Positions 10,448 to 20,210 of a DNA stretch of 64,000 bases are shown here, in pieces; positions within the stretch are counted from its first letter, which is position 1; the number at the start of each line of letters is the position of its first letter. The stretch is taken from contig CAXXHA010000029.1 of the NCBI GenBank assembly GCA_963662265.2, positions 1 through 64,000 on the forward strand. The letters run 5' to 3'. The translations under genes and the position numbers were made by a program. Source of the DNA: Spirochaetia bacterium. GTDB lineage: Bacteria; Spirochaetota; Spirochaetia; CADAEX01. Below the pieces are notes generated by a model. That model did no database searches. It was not told the DNA's origin and was given only the letters and a program-made list of their open reading frames with translations.

Positions 10448-11035
10448 ATGATTATGAAAAAATATTTTTATGCTGCATTATTATTAATATTTATTACATC
10501 TGTATCCACACAGGAAAAACAGCCTGATAAGGAAAGCCTGGATAATAATCAGGATAACAGAATAGAAACCCAGCAGCTTCCTGATGGATTTATGAATCTG
10601 AAACTCGGGTTGAATATGGAACAGCTTGAAGAGGCACTTGATGAAAACAGCTATTTTGACTACAGGGGGAAACCTGATGTAGACATGAGGATGATGAAGG
10701 AAAGATCTCTGATAGAATGTTCAGGGTTTTCATATATTAAAAAAGGGTATTTCCAGTTTTACAAGGAAAAACTAATTGTTATAACTATAATTATTGATGA
10801 AAAAGAGCTTGATTATTATTCATTCTATACAAAACTGGAGAAAAAATATGGCAAGCCTGATCATCTGAATCCGGACGGTGTTTACTGGGAAAATGAAAAC
10901 ACAGCAGTTGCTCTTGAGAAACCTCTTTCTGTAAAATATACTGACCTGAAATCTTTCGATGAGATAAAGGATAAATTTGCTTCCGAAAAATCGAAACAGA
11001 AAAAGCTGAAAGAGGAATTTGTTGATACTTTCTGA
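10448..11035 (+). CDS. Exported hypothetical protein
   Basis: Signal peptide; 195-aa ORF. Confidence 0.7.
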   Translation: MIMKKYFYAALLLIFITSVSTQEKQPDKESLDNNQDNRIETQQLPDGFMNLKLGLNMEQLEEALDENSYFDYRGKPDVDMRMMKERSLIECSGFSYIKKGYFQFYKEKLIVITIIIDEKELDYYSFYTKLEKKYGKPDHLNPDGVYWENENTAVALEKPLSVKYTDLKSFDEIKDKFASEKSKQKKLKEEFVDTF

Positions 11036-11116
11036 TATTTCAATAAAATCAGTTAAGAAATGAGCTGCCTTGAAAAGGTCAGGATTTTTACAGCAGGAAT
11101 GGTGACAGGATAAATA

Positions 11117-11602
11117 ATGCTGAAAGCTTTAAACAATATTGTACATGCAAAAATTATACTCATTATTACAATCATTTTTCTCCTGCCTGTACTGTCCTGC
11201 AAAAGCTATGATAATGAGAAAGGAAGTATAACTGCAGGAAATAAAGTCATAAATGTTGAAATCGTCTATACAGTAAGTGATAGGGCACAGGGCCTCATGA
11301 ACAGGAAGGTTCTGGATGAAGACAGCGGCATGATATTTGTTTTTCCCTATGACAGGAAACTCTCTTTCTGGATGAAAAATACATCAATACCTCTCTCAAT
11401 TGCATATATATCTTCTGATTTTATTATCAGGGAAATAAGAGAGATGACTCCGTTTTCCCTGAAACCGGTTAAGTCAAAGAATTCTGTCAGGTATGCCCTT
11501 GAAGTGAATGCCGGTTATTTCAGTGAAAACGGAATAAGGGAAGGGGATAGGCTTGTCTTTTCCGATTCTATTCATAAGGCCCTGGAAAAAGCTGAAGACT
11601 GA
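11117..11602 (+). CDS. DUF192 family lipoprotein
   Basis: GLMNR, GMIFVF, FWMKNT.IPLSIAYI and ALEVNAG; lipobox VLSC. Confidence 0.9.
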   Translation: MLKALNNIVHAKIILIITIIFLLPVLSCKSYDNEKGSITAGNKVINVEIVYTVSDRAQGLMNRKVLDEDSGMIFVFPYDRKLSFWMKNTSIPLSIAYISSDFIIREIREMTPFSLKPVKSKNSVRYALEVNAGYFSENGIREGDRLVFSDSIHKALEKAED

Positions 11603-11737
11603 TTCTTTGGCAGGGTAAATGCATCAATCCCTAGGAAGCTTAAGAACAAGCCTGTCTGTTCTGTTTTATCCGGATTGATTCTTCAGCCATGATAACACAT
11701 CAGGCACTGGAAGAAGCCGAATACCAGGCCTGCGCTG

Positions 11738-11995
11738 CTATTCATCAAGCTCGGGAAAAAGCTGAAGACTTGGCTCTTCCGGTTTGTTTTTTCCTGCCTG
11801 GTTTTCCTTTGCCTGAGGCTGGTTAACAAGAATCTCAACCTTTCTTTCCATTTTGTCGAGTTCTTTCTGAAGATTCCCCGCTATTTTTATACCTTCTTCA
11901 AATATAGTCATAGCTTCTTCAATATCAATCTCATTGCTGTTGATTCTGCTGTTTATCTCTTCAAGCCTGTTAAGTTTTGTTTCAAAATCTTTCAT
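11738..11995 (-). CDS. xseB: Exodeoxyribonuclease VII small subunit
   Basis: FETKLNRLEEI...FEEGI; lies downstream of xseA. Confidence 0.9.
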   Translation of the reverse strand: MKDFETKLNRLEEINSRINSNEIDIEEAMTIFEEGIKIAGNLQKELDKMERKVEILVNQPQAKENQAGKNKPEEPSLQLFPELDE

Positions 11996-12072
11996 TTTTA
12001 TCCCTGTTTATAAACCGTTTAATACGGTTTTGTTATTTTTAAAAATATAAAATATCCTGTTTAGTTAATAAA

Positions 12073-13299
12073 TCAATCCTGAACCTTTTCAGTTTTCTCA
12101 GCACCAATTGCTTCTGCAGACAGTATATCTCTGTAAAACCTTACCCTGATTTTTTCTCCCTGTTTCACATCAAACCCGCTCTTGATGATTTTTCCGTCCG
12201 ACTCTGAAGAAACAGATGCATAACCTTTCCTGAGTATTGATTCCGGTGATGATGATTCAATGGAATTTTTCAGAAGTTCAAGCCTGTGCCTTTTTTCTGT
12301 AATCCTGTCTGTTAAAGACCGCTTTAGTTTATCCTTAAGATCATCAGCTCTCTGGATCACCGGATTAATTCTGTTTCTGAATCCTCTTTCAAGGTTTTCA
12401 ACTGAACTGCTGTCAAGCCTCATTCTGAATATTTCTATTCTTCTGTCAATTGATTCCCTGAGCGAAAGTGAAACAGCTTCTATCCTTTCTTCCACACTGC
12501 TCAGCTCGGAAGATACTATTTCGGCAGCTGCAGACGGGGTAGGCGCCCTTAAGTCTGCTGCATAGTCTGAAAGAGCATTGTCTATTTCATGACCTACAGC
12601 CGATATCACCGGTATTTCAGATTCATAGACTGCCCTCACAACATCTTCATCAGAGAACGGTAGAAGATCTTCAAGCGATCCTCCGCCTCTTCCAATTATA
12701 AGGACATCGGCAATTTTAACGCTGTTTGCATAACGTATCTGGTTCGCAATAATACCTGCAGCATCATCTCCCTGAACAGGAGCCGGAAGAATGATAAGGT
12801 TTATCTTGTTGTTTCTCCGTTTCAGCACCCTCAGGATATCCTTTATAGCTGCCCCGGTAGGTGATGTTACAACTGCCACTTTTCCAGGGAAACGGGGAAG
12901 CTGTTTTTTAATTTCCTGATCAAAAAGTCCCTCCAGAGCAAGTCTTTTCTTCCTCTTTTCAAGTTCAGCGAGAATGTTTCCTTCTCCCGACTTTTCTATG
13001 GAACTGCATATGATCTGGTAGCTGCCCCTCTGCGGATAGACAGATATATCTCCGGTGACTTTGACAAGATCGCCGTCCGCCGGTATTTCTTTCAGATTCT
13101 TGGCCGCATTCTTAAACATGACTGCGGAAATCATTGATTTGCTGTCTTTAAGGCTGAAGTAATAATGCCCTGTACTTGACGGTCTGAAGTTTGAAACTTC
13201 CCCTTCAAGCATTACAGAATAGAACTGTGATTCCAGTGTTTCTTTTATAAGAGAGGTTATTTCAAATATCTTGAAACACCTGCCCTGCATACTTATCAT
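12073..13299 (-). CDS. xseA: Exodeoxyribonuclease VII large subunit
   Basis: GHYYFSLKD, VVTSPTGAAIKD, RGGGSLEDL, SAVGHEID and APTPSAAAE. Start set at ATG 13299 below a TTGATA-N17-TAATAT promoter. Confidence 0.95.
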   Translation of the reverse strand: MISMQGRCFKIFEITSLIKETLESQFYSVMLEGEVSNFRPSSTGHYYFSLKDSKSMISAVMFKNAAKNLKEIPADGDLVKVTGDISVYPQRGSYQIICSSIEKSGEGNILAELEKRKKRLALEGLFDQEIKKQLPRFPGKVAVVTSPTGAAIKDILRVLKRRNNKINLIILPAPVQGDDAAGIIANQIRYANSVKIADVLIIGRGGGSLEDLLPFSDEDVVRAVYESEIPVISAVGHEIDNALSDYAADLRAPTPSAAAEIVSSELSSVEERIEAVSLSLRESIDRRIEIFRMRLDSSSVENLERGFRNRINPVIQRADDLKDKLKRSLTDRITEKRHRLELLKNSIESSSPESILRKGYASVSSESDGKIIKSGFDVKQGEKIRVRFYRDILSAEAIGAEKTEKVQD

Positions 13300-13498
13300 G
13301 AATGACATATTAGTCACTGAAATTGTTTTTATCAAGGCTGGTTTTTATTTTAAAGCGTTAAATATAAAATTGATAAGATATATAAGCTGTTTTTACAGTA
13401 TCCGGAAGTGAAGATCTGAATAAAAATAATATATTTTATATCAGCCTGCACTGAATCTCTTTACACATCATGTTCAATTGACGATATAATGAATAAAT

Positions 13499-15004
13499 AT
13501 GAAAAATATAGCTTTTATTAATTGCACGGAAATAACAGAATACGGATTCAGAAAACTGGTTAATGGCAAATCCGCTTTTGAACTCTCCCTTGAATATGCT
13601 CAGTCGCTTACTGATGTTGAAAAGACTGTAATTGTTACTGTAGAGGACAGGAAAAACCTCTTCGAAAGCTTCACAGCAGAAGCTGAAATATTAACAGCTG
13701 AAAAAATTGACAATGCTGATCTTTTTGATATTTTTGAAAAAGAGTCATCAGGATTTGATTATATATTCTACATGTACGGCGACTGCCCTTTTCTCGACCT
13801 AAACACTTTTGAAAGAATGTATAAAAACCATATAAGGTATTTTGCACAGTACAGTTTTGCAGACGGCAATCCATACGGGACAGCCCCTGAAATACTTTCT
13901 ACGGAAATAGCGGGAGCACTGAAAGTGCTTGCAGAAAAAAATCTTTCACCAGTTGAACGCGATACTGTTTTTAAAACAATACAGAAAGATATCAACTCAT
14001 TTGATATTGAAACAGATATTTCAGAGAAAGATTTAAGATTATTGAGAATAAGTCTTACTGCAGATTCGAAGAGAAATTTTCTTCTTCTCGAAAGGCTTGC
14101 TTCTGAAAACAGAACAACAGAAAAAGAAATAGTTGAAATAATTGAGGAAAAAGGGGAAATACTCAGGACCCTGCCTGCCTACTACCAGGTACAGGTTTCC
14201 GGAAAATGTTTCCAGAAATGCAGTTACTGCCCTTATCCTTCAATAAACCCGGATCTGCTTGATTCAAAAGAATTCATGAGCAGCGAAAAATTCAGCATAA
14301 TACTTGATAAAATCCACCGCTTCTCGGAGGATGCAGTTATTGCACTCTCTCTCTGGGGAGAGCCGCTTGCAAATCCTGAACTTGAAGAAATTATAGATGC
14401 TGCAATGAAGTATGATAAATTTTCAGTTCTGATAGAAACATCCGGTCTCGGTCTTGATAAGCAGCTTGCATCCCGCCTGGCTGAAAAATACGGAAACAGG
14501 ATAACATGGATTGTATCGCTAGATACAGATGACATGGAAATGTACGGGAAGATAAGGGGGGATAATTTCAGCGAGGCTGTGGAGTCTGCAGAATACCTCA
14601 TTTCCGTTTTACCTGAAAACAGCTTTGTCCAGGCTGTTAGGATGAACGATACAGAGGAAAAACTTGAACAATTTTTCAGAAACTGGAAGAAAAAAACAGA
14701 AAATGTGATTATCCAGAAATATGATAATTTTACAGGACTTCTTGAAGATAAAAAAGTAACAGATATTTCTCCGCTGAAAAGATTCCCGTGCTGGCATCTG
14801 AAGCGAGATATTTCAGTCCTTATCAACGGCGATATTCCCCTGTGCAGGGAAGATATACACGGAAAAAATATTCTTGGAAATATTTTCAGCAGTGAACTTG
14901 ATAAAATATGGGAAAAAGGGGAAAAAATATACAAAGATCACCTGAAAAATGATTTCAGCGGTATATGCAGGGAGTGCGATGAATACTATACCTACAACTT
15001 CTAA
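13499..15004 (+). CDS. spiro-SPASM protein: cytidylyltransferase-like N-terminus, radical SAM domain and SPASM domain
   Basis: YGDCPFLD; CFQKCSYC (CxxxCxxC); GEPL; C-terminal CWHL...LCRED...CREC. Confidence 0.85.
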   Translation: MKNIAFINCTEITEYGFRKLVNGKSAFELSLEYAQSLTDVEKTVIVTVEDRKNLFESFTAEAEILTAEKIDNADLFDIFEKESSGFDYIFYMYGDCPFLDLNTFERMYKNHIRYFAQYSFADGNPYGTAPEILSTEIAGALKVLAEKNLSPVERDTVFKTIQKDINSFDIETDISEKDLRLLRISLTADSKRNFLLLERLASENRTTEKEIVEIIEEKGEILRTLPAYYQVQVSGKCFQKCSYCPYPSINPDLLDSKEFMSSEKFSIILDKIHRFSEDAVIALSLWGEPLANPELEEIIDAAMKYDKFSVLIETSGLGLDKQLASRLAEKYGNRITWIVSLDTDDMEMYGKIRGDNFSEAVESAEYLISVLPENSFVQAVRMNDTEEKLEQFFRNWKKKTENVIIQKYDNFTGLLEDKKVTDISPLKRFPCWHLKRDISVLINGDIPLCREDIHGKNILGNIFSSELDKIWEKGEKIYKDHLKNDFSGICRECDEYYTYNF

Positions 15005-15947
15005 AAGACCCAGAATCCCCTACACAGTTGTAAGCGGCGGGAGCCGGATAAAACAGCAGAAAAAACCGGGTAAAATAACACTTCTAATACTGAACCAGGG
15101 AAACAGCCTGTATAAAGAGGAAATGCTCAGGGATGTCGAAAAACTTGGGTTCTGTGAAATTATTTCCATTGAAAACCCTGGTGTTTCATATGATGTTGAG
15201 AATGTCTCCAGAAAAATACCGTCTGTGAAATTTCTCCTCCTCCAGGAAAGCTGCAACACGGGAGAACAGATAAATATAGGTATCAAGGAAGCTGAGAGCG
15301 ACTTTGTTTTTGTAATCTGGAATAATATGAAACTCCCGTCTTCTTCTCTTTCTGTCAGCCTTGCAGATTTTCTCTACTCTGGAGAATATCTGTGCACTGT
15401 TCCTGTCATGAAAAATATGGAAAAAGAGATGATTCCCTCAATTTCTGTTCCGGCATTTCAGAAAAAGTCTCTTAAAGTTATTTTCGCGTTTCCAAAAAGG
15501 AAAGGTGTGTTGAGTCTTTTCCCTTTTGATTTTACAGGCATTTATAACAGGGAGAAATTCCTTAACTGCGGAGGTTATGATTATTCCATAAAGAATCCAT
15601 ACTGGCAGAAGATGGATTTCGGAATGAGGGCAAATCTTTGGGGGGAGAAAATAGTATGTTTTACAGCTCTCCAGGTTTCTTATATTGGTAAATCCATTGC
15701 TGATGATAATTCAACAGACCGGTATTACAGGATGTTCTATCTCAAGAACCTTGCAGTACGTTATAACGGCGATTCCGGTTATCTTCCGGGTTCCCGCCTT
15801 TTCAGGTATTTATTCAGGTCTGGCGAAGGATTTTTTCATGCGAAAAAGAATTTTGATGAAGCGGCAAAATGGGTTGAACTTAATAAATTCCGTTTTAAAT
15901 ATGATTGCAGGAGCCTTACAGAATTATGGAAAGATCCCGACGAATAG
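14979..15947 (+). CDS. Glycosyltransferase family 2-like protein
   Basis: INIGIKEA..DFVFVIW, REKFL..GGYD and DFGMRA..WG; GGAG SD before ATG 14979. Confidence 0.65.
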   Translation: MNTIPTTSKRPRIPYTVVSGGSRIKQQKKPGKITLLILNQGNSLYKEEMLRDVEKLGFCEIISIENPGVSYDVENVSRKIPSVKFLLLQESCNTGEQINIGIKEAESDFVFVIWNNMKLPSSSLSVSLADFLYSGEYLCTVPVMKNMEKEMIPSISVPAFQKKSLKVIFAFPKRKGVLSLFPFDFTGIYNREKFLNCGGYDYSIKNPYWQKMDFGMRANLWGEKIVCFTALQVSYIGKSIADDNSTDRYYRMFYLKNLAVRYNGDSGYLPGSRLFRYLFRSGEGFFHAKKNFDEAAKWVELNKFRFKYDCRSLTELWKDPDE

Positions 15948-16627
15948 CAGTATTTCTTCAGGTAAGAATCAATTCAACCCGTTTCCCGGGAAAAGCTGTA
16001 AAAAAAATATACAATGATATCTCAGTGGCAGGAAGTGCAATGATGCAGCTAAGGAAAGTTGGTGCGGATTTTCATATCCTTCTGACTGATGAGAAGAGCA
16101 GAGAGGTATTGAAAAAAGAGGCAGACAGATACGGTTTTGATCTTTTTACAGGAGATGAGAACAATGTACTTAACCGCTTCACAACAGCTGCGAAATACTA
16201 TGAAGTAGATACCCTTATCAGGGCGACAGGTGACAACCCTTTTGTGTTCCCTGAAAAAGCTGAAAAAATACTCAGGTTCCATATTGAAAAAGGGGCAGAT
16301 CACAGCCTTTTCAGGGGCATGCCGCTTGGGGGAGGGGTTGAGGTTGCAGAAGCTAAAGCTCTTTACAGGGCAGAGGCGAGTACATCAGATCCCTACGACA
16401 CGGAACATGTAACACCCTATATTTATAAAAATCCTGACCTATTTATCCTGAACCATGTCGATTCAGATCCTGACTCTTTTTACCCCGAAGGGCGGATAAC
16501 GCTTGATACAGAAAATGACTATGAATATCTTAAAAAGGCAGCATCTGAACTCACGCTTGAAAAAGCATGCAGTTACATGGCTCTGATAGAATGGCTTAAG
16601 AACAATCCTCATCCGGATATGGTATAG
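15926..16627 (+). CDS. SpsF-like acylneuraminate cytidylyltransferase family protein
   Basis: QVRINSTRFPGKA, GDENNVLNRF, RATGDNP, EHVTPYIY and RITLDTEND. Confidence 0.88.
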   Translation: MERSRRIAVFLQVRINSTRFPGKAVKKIYNDISVAGSAMMQLRKVGADFHILLTDEKSREVLKKEADRYGFDLFTGDENNVLNRFTTAAKYYEVDTLIRATGDNPFVFPEKAEKILRFHIEKGADHSLFRGMPLGGGVEVAEAKALYRAEASTSDPYDTEHVTPYIYKNPDLFILNHVDSDPDSFYPEGRITLDTENDYEYLKKAASELTLEKACSYMALIEWLKNNPHPDMV

Positions 16628-16630
16628 GCT

Positions 16631-18559
16631 ATGGCAGTTCTTTTTATCCCTTCTGTAGAAAAAGGTAACGGAACAGGCCATCTGAAAAGATGTATAAAGC
16701 AGGTAATTGAATCTGCCGGCGACTTTTACATATATCTTCCCGATGATTTTACAGAAAAAAACAGGAATAACATTGCAGTTCAGAAAATAATCAAACCTCT
16801 CTTTGAACAAAACAGGGTTGTCTCAGTTCTGGACAGGAAATTCGATATTATTGTTTCGGATAAAAGAGAAACTTCTGAAAAAGAATTTGAAACATATATG
16901 AATATGTCATCCCTTCTGGTCGGTATTGATGAGGGGGGATGCATGAGGGAATATTTTCCATACCTGATTGATATTCTTCCATCACTTTCAGACCACAGCC
17001 CAAACATCTTTTCGACCGGTCTTCTCGGAATAAAAAGCAGAGATGAATCAGAAGGTAAGAACAGCAGTATGCTGAAATCAGGTATTGTTTCTGAAAAAGA
17101 GGGAAAGGCTTCTGTTGGAAATACCGGGGAAATAAAGGGAGATAGTTTTTCCCGGCCGGATAAAATAAGAAAAATCCTTGTGACTTTCGGAGGTGAGGAT
17201 CCTGCAGGCCTTACAGATAATGTGCTTGATATCCTGACTTCCGAATATTTCATTACTGATACAGAAGATTATGAAAATGCATTGAAATCATCTGAGGGCA
17301 GAGAAAAAAAATCAGATACAGGAATATCTGTAAAAAATCATGGCAGAGTTTCCAGATCCTCCGGGAAAAAAGTGGGTGAAATAAAAGCAGTAAGAGGGCC
17401 TCTTTTCAGAAAAATTATAAAGGAAAGAGGTGGTGTTGAGATAATAGATTCACCTGAATCACTCAATTCTTTGATAGATGATGCAGATCTTGTAATTACT
17501 TCTTTCGGGCTGACAGCCTATGAAGCTCTCTATGCCGGTAAGTATGTTGTACTTGTAAATCCTTCTGAATACCACTCAAGACTGTCTGCAAAAGGAGGTT
17601 TTCCTGAGGCCGGCCTGGGATCTGCAGACAGGAAAAAACTGATAAAATATATTGATAATCCATCTTCTATACTGAGCCACACAACTGCAGTCAGAGAAAA
17701 ATCAATCAGTCTGGGCAGTTTAATTAAGGGGCTTGAAAAATCAGGAATAGAAAGGTGTCCTTTCTGCGGAACGGAGAATATCCCTTTAAAGAGATTCAGA
17801 GACAGAAATTACCATATCTGCAGAAGCTGTTCACTTGTTTATATGGAGAAATTTTCACCTTACAGGATAGATTACAGCAGGGACTATTTTTTTGATGATT
17901 ACAAAAAACAGTATGGTAAAACTTATATTGAGGATTTTGACAATATAAAAAAAATGTCTGATATCAGGGTTGAAACAATTGGGAAATATATTGAAAAGGG
18001 AAAAATCCTTGATATCGGATGTGCATACGGACCTTTCCTTAAAGCTGCATCTGAAGAGGGGTTTATTCCTTACGGTATGGATGTATCTGAAGACGCTATT
18101 GAATATGTGAGAAACAGGCTTTCCATTGATGCTGAAGTTTGTGATTTCAGCACTTTTGATAATTATTCTGATTACAGCTTTGATGCTGTCACAATGTGGT
18201 ATGTAATTGAACATTTCAGAAATCCGGAAGCGATTGTTGACAAGGTTAAGAAAATACTGAAAACCGGAGGTGTATTTGCCTTTTCAACACCTAATTTTAA
18301 CGGTGTAAGCGGTAAAACCGACATGGCAAAGACACTCCTGAACAGTCCTGATGACCATTATACATTCTGGAGCATTGAGTCTGCATCCGGAATACTGACA
18401 GATAATGGTTTTGAAATTCTTGAAGTGAGAAATACCGGGCATCATCCCGAGCGTTTCAGCAGTAAAATAAAAAAAATTATACCTTTAACCCTATTAAAAC
18501 ATATGAGTTTTCTATTAAGATTAGGCGATACTTTTGAAATTTACGCACGGAAAAAATAA
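16631..18559 (+). CDS. PseG/SpsG-like GT-B hydrolase or glycosyltransferase fused to a Zn-finger and a class I SAM methyltransferase
   Basis: GNGTGHLKRC, TFGGED, CPFC...CRSC, ILDIGCAYG and WYVIEH. Confidence 0.8.
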   Translation: MAVLFIPSVEKGNGTGHLKRCIKQVIESAGDFYIYLPDDFTEKNRNNIAVQKIIKPLFEQNRVVSVLDRKFDIIVSDKRETSEKEFETYMNMSSLLVGIDEGGCMREYFPYLIDILPSLSDHSPNIFSTGLLGIKSRDESEGKNSSMLKSGIVSEKEGKASVGNTGEIKGDSFSRPDKIRKILVTFGGEDPAGLTDNVLDILTSEYFITDTEDYENALKSSEGREKKSDTGISVKNHGRVSRSSGKKVGEIKAVRGPLFRKIIKERGGVEIIDSPESLNSLIDDADLVITSFGLTAYEALYAGKYVVLVNPSEYHSRLSAKGGFPEAGLGSADRKKLIKYIDNPSSILSHTTAVREKSISLGSLIKGLEKSGIERCPFCGTENIPLKRFRDRNYHICRSCSLVYMEKFSPYRIDYSRDYFFDDYKKQYGKTYIEDFDNIKKMSDIRVETIGKYIEKGKILDIGCAYGPFLKAASEEGFIPYGMDVSEDAIEYVRNRLSIDAEVCDFSTFDNYSDYSFDAVTMWYVIEHFRNPEAIVDKVKKILKTGGVFAFSTPNFNGVSGKTDMAKTLLNSPDDHYTFWSIESASGILTDNGFEILEVRNTGHHPERFSSKIKKIIPLTLLKHMSFLLRLGDTFEIYARKK

Positions 18560-18583
18560 AAAATCTGTCAGACAGGTAGATAA

Positions 18584-20209
18584 ATGAGCAATAAAAAAAA
18601 AGATGCAGTTGTAATTCTCGGAGCAGGGATTATGCAGATCCCTGCAATAAAGACTGCCCGAGAGGAGGGCTTTGCTCCTCTTGTATTTGACGGCAATCCT
18701 GAACCTGCAGGTCTTAATGAAGCTGAGGTTTTCAGCAATATAGATATCAAGGATTACGGTAAAATACATGAAAAGTGTATTGAACTCGGAACACAGTATT
18801 CTGTAAAAGGTGTTTTTACAGCTGGTACTGATTTTTCTTATATAGTTGCCAAGCTGTCTGAAATGATGAATCTTCCCGGTATAAGTTATGAAACTGCTCT
18901 CAATGCTACTGTCAAGTCAAGGATGAGAGAGGTTTTCAGTAAGCATGGAGTAAGTTCTCCCCGCTTTCTTGTAGCTGAACGCGGCATGGAAGCTGACCTT
19001 GAAGAAAACAGAATAGATTTTCCGGTTGTCGTGAAACCTGTCGACAGCATGGGAGGCAGGGGATCAGTTAAAATAGAATCATTTGAAAGTCTCGGGGATG
19101 CTGTTGATAATGCTGTGCAGTACTCAAGATCGGGAAAGGCTATTATAGAGGAATTTCTTGAAGGGGCTGAGTTTAGTCTTGATGCAGTTGTTGAAGACAA
19201 TGATATAACTGTATGCGGAATTGCTGACAGGCATATATTCTTTCCCCCCTATTTTGTCGAGATGGGACATACAATGCCCAGTATATATCCTGAAGAGGTT
19301 CAGGCCAGGGTAGCAGAAGTTTTTAAAGACGGAATAAAAGCCATAGGAATTGATAACGGGGCTGCTAAGGGGGATATCAAGTATTCAGGGGGCAGGGCAG
19401 TAGTCGGTGAAATAGCTGCAAGGCTTTCCGGAGGTTACATGTCAGGGTGGACATTTCCTTATTCATCCGGTGTATCTGTTATCAGGGCTGCTCTGAATAT
19501 TGCTCTGGGAAAAAACTCAGGGCTGGGAAAATACGGTTATACAAAAACAGCTGTAGAGCGGGCTTTTATATCCATACCAGGGAAGGTTTCTGAAATCATT
19601 CTTCCACCGTATCTGGAAAACAGGACGTTAATGCCACCAGAGATAAAAGATGTTTTCATAAATATAAGGAAAAATGACAGGGTTGTTTTTCCCAGGAATA
19701 ATGTTGAAAAATGCGGAAATATAATAACTGCTTCTGAAAACCGTGATAATGCTGTAAATGCGGCGGAAAGGGGATGCAGGGACATAATTATAAGGCTTGA
19801 ATGCTGTGACCGGGAAACCGGGGATTTTTTACTGAAGGGTAAAGAAGAATGGATCCCAGATGCATTTCTTATAGAAGATAAGGATAATATCAAAGCAGTC
19901 TATTCAATGGAAAACATCAAAACAGCTGAAAATTATGACGAGAATAAAAAAACAGCTGTTGAAATGATCCCATTTCCGGGGAACGAGCATTCTGTTGACT
20001 GGCTTGGAAGAGAGTTTGACGAATCGCTTGAAAAAATCTTCGAGCTTACAGGTGCTGAAACTGTAAAACCAGGAGCTGAATATAACGCAGTGCTGGGAGC
20101 TGTTTTCTGGAAAGCTTTTAAAGCCGGAGGAATACAGGGCGGTATCTGGATAATTGAAACAGCTGAAAAATATCTTAAAGAGGGGAAACTGCCTGACAGT
20201 TTTTTTTAA
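18584..20209 (+). CDS. ATP-grasp ligase
   Basis: LGAGIMQ, VVKPVDSMGGRG, IIEEFLEG.EFS and GEIAARLSGG. Confidence 0.85.
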   Translation: MSNKKKDAVVILGAGIMQIPAIKTAREEGFAPLVFDGNPEPAGLNEAEVFSNIDIKDYGKIHEKCIELGTQYSVKGVFTAGTDFSYIVAKLSEMMNLPGISYETALNATVKSRMREVFSKHGVSSPRFLVAERGMEADLEENRIDFPVVVKPVDSMGGRGSVKIESFESLGDAVDNAVQYSRSGKAIIEEFLEGAEFSLDAVVEDNDITVCGIADRHIFFPPYFVEMGHTMPSIYPEEVQARVAEVFKDGIKAIGIDNGAAKGDIKYSGGRAVVGEIAARLSGGYMSGWTFPYSSGVSVIRAALNIALGKNSGLGKYGYTKTAVERAFISIPGKVSEIILPPYLENRTLMPPEIKDVFINIRKNDRVVFPRNNVEKCGNIITASENRDNAVNAAERGCRDIIIRLECCDRETGDFLLKGKEEWIPDAFLIEDKDNIKAVYSMENIKTAENYDENKKTAVEMIPFPGNEHSVDWLGREFDESLEKIFELTGAETVKPGAEYNAVLGAVFWKAFKAGGIQGGIWIIETAEKYLKEGKLPDSFF

Positions 20210-20210
20210 A

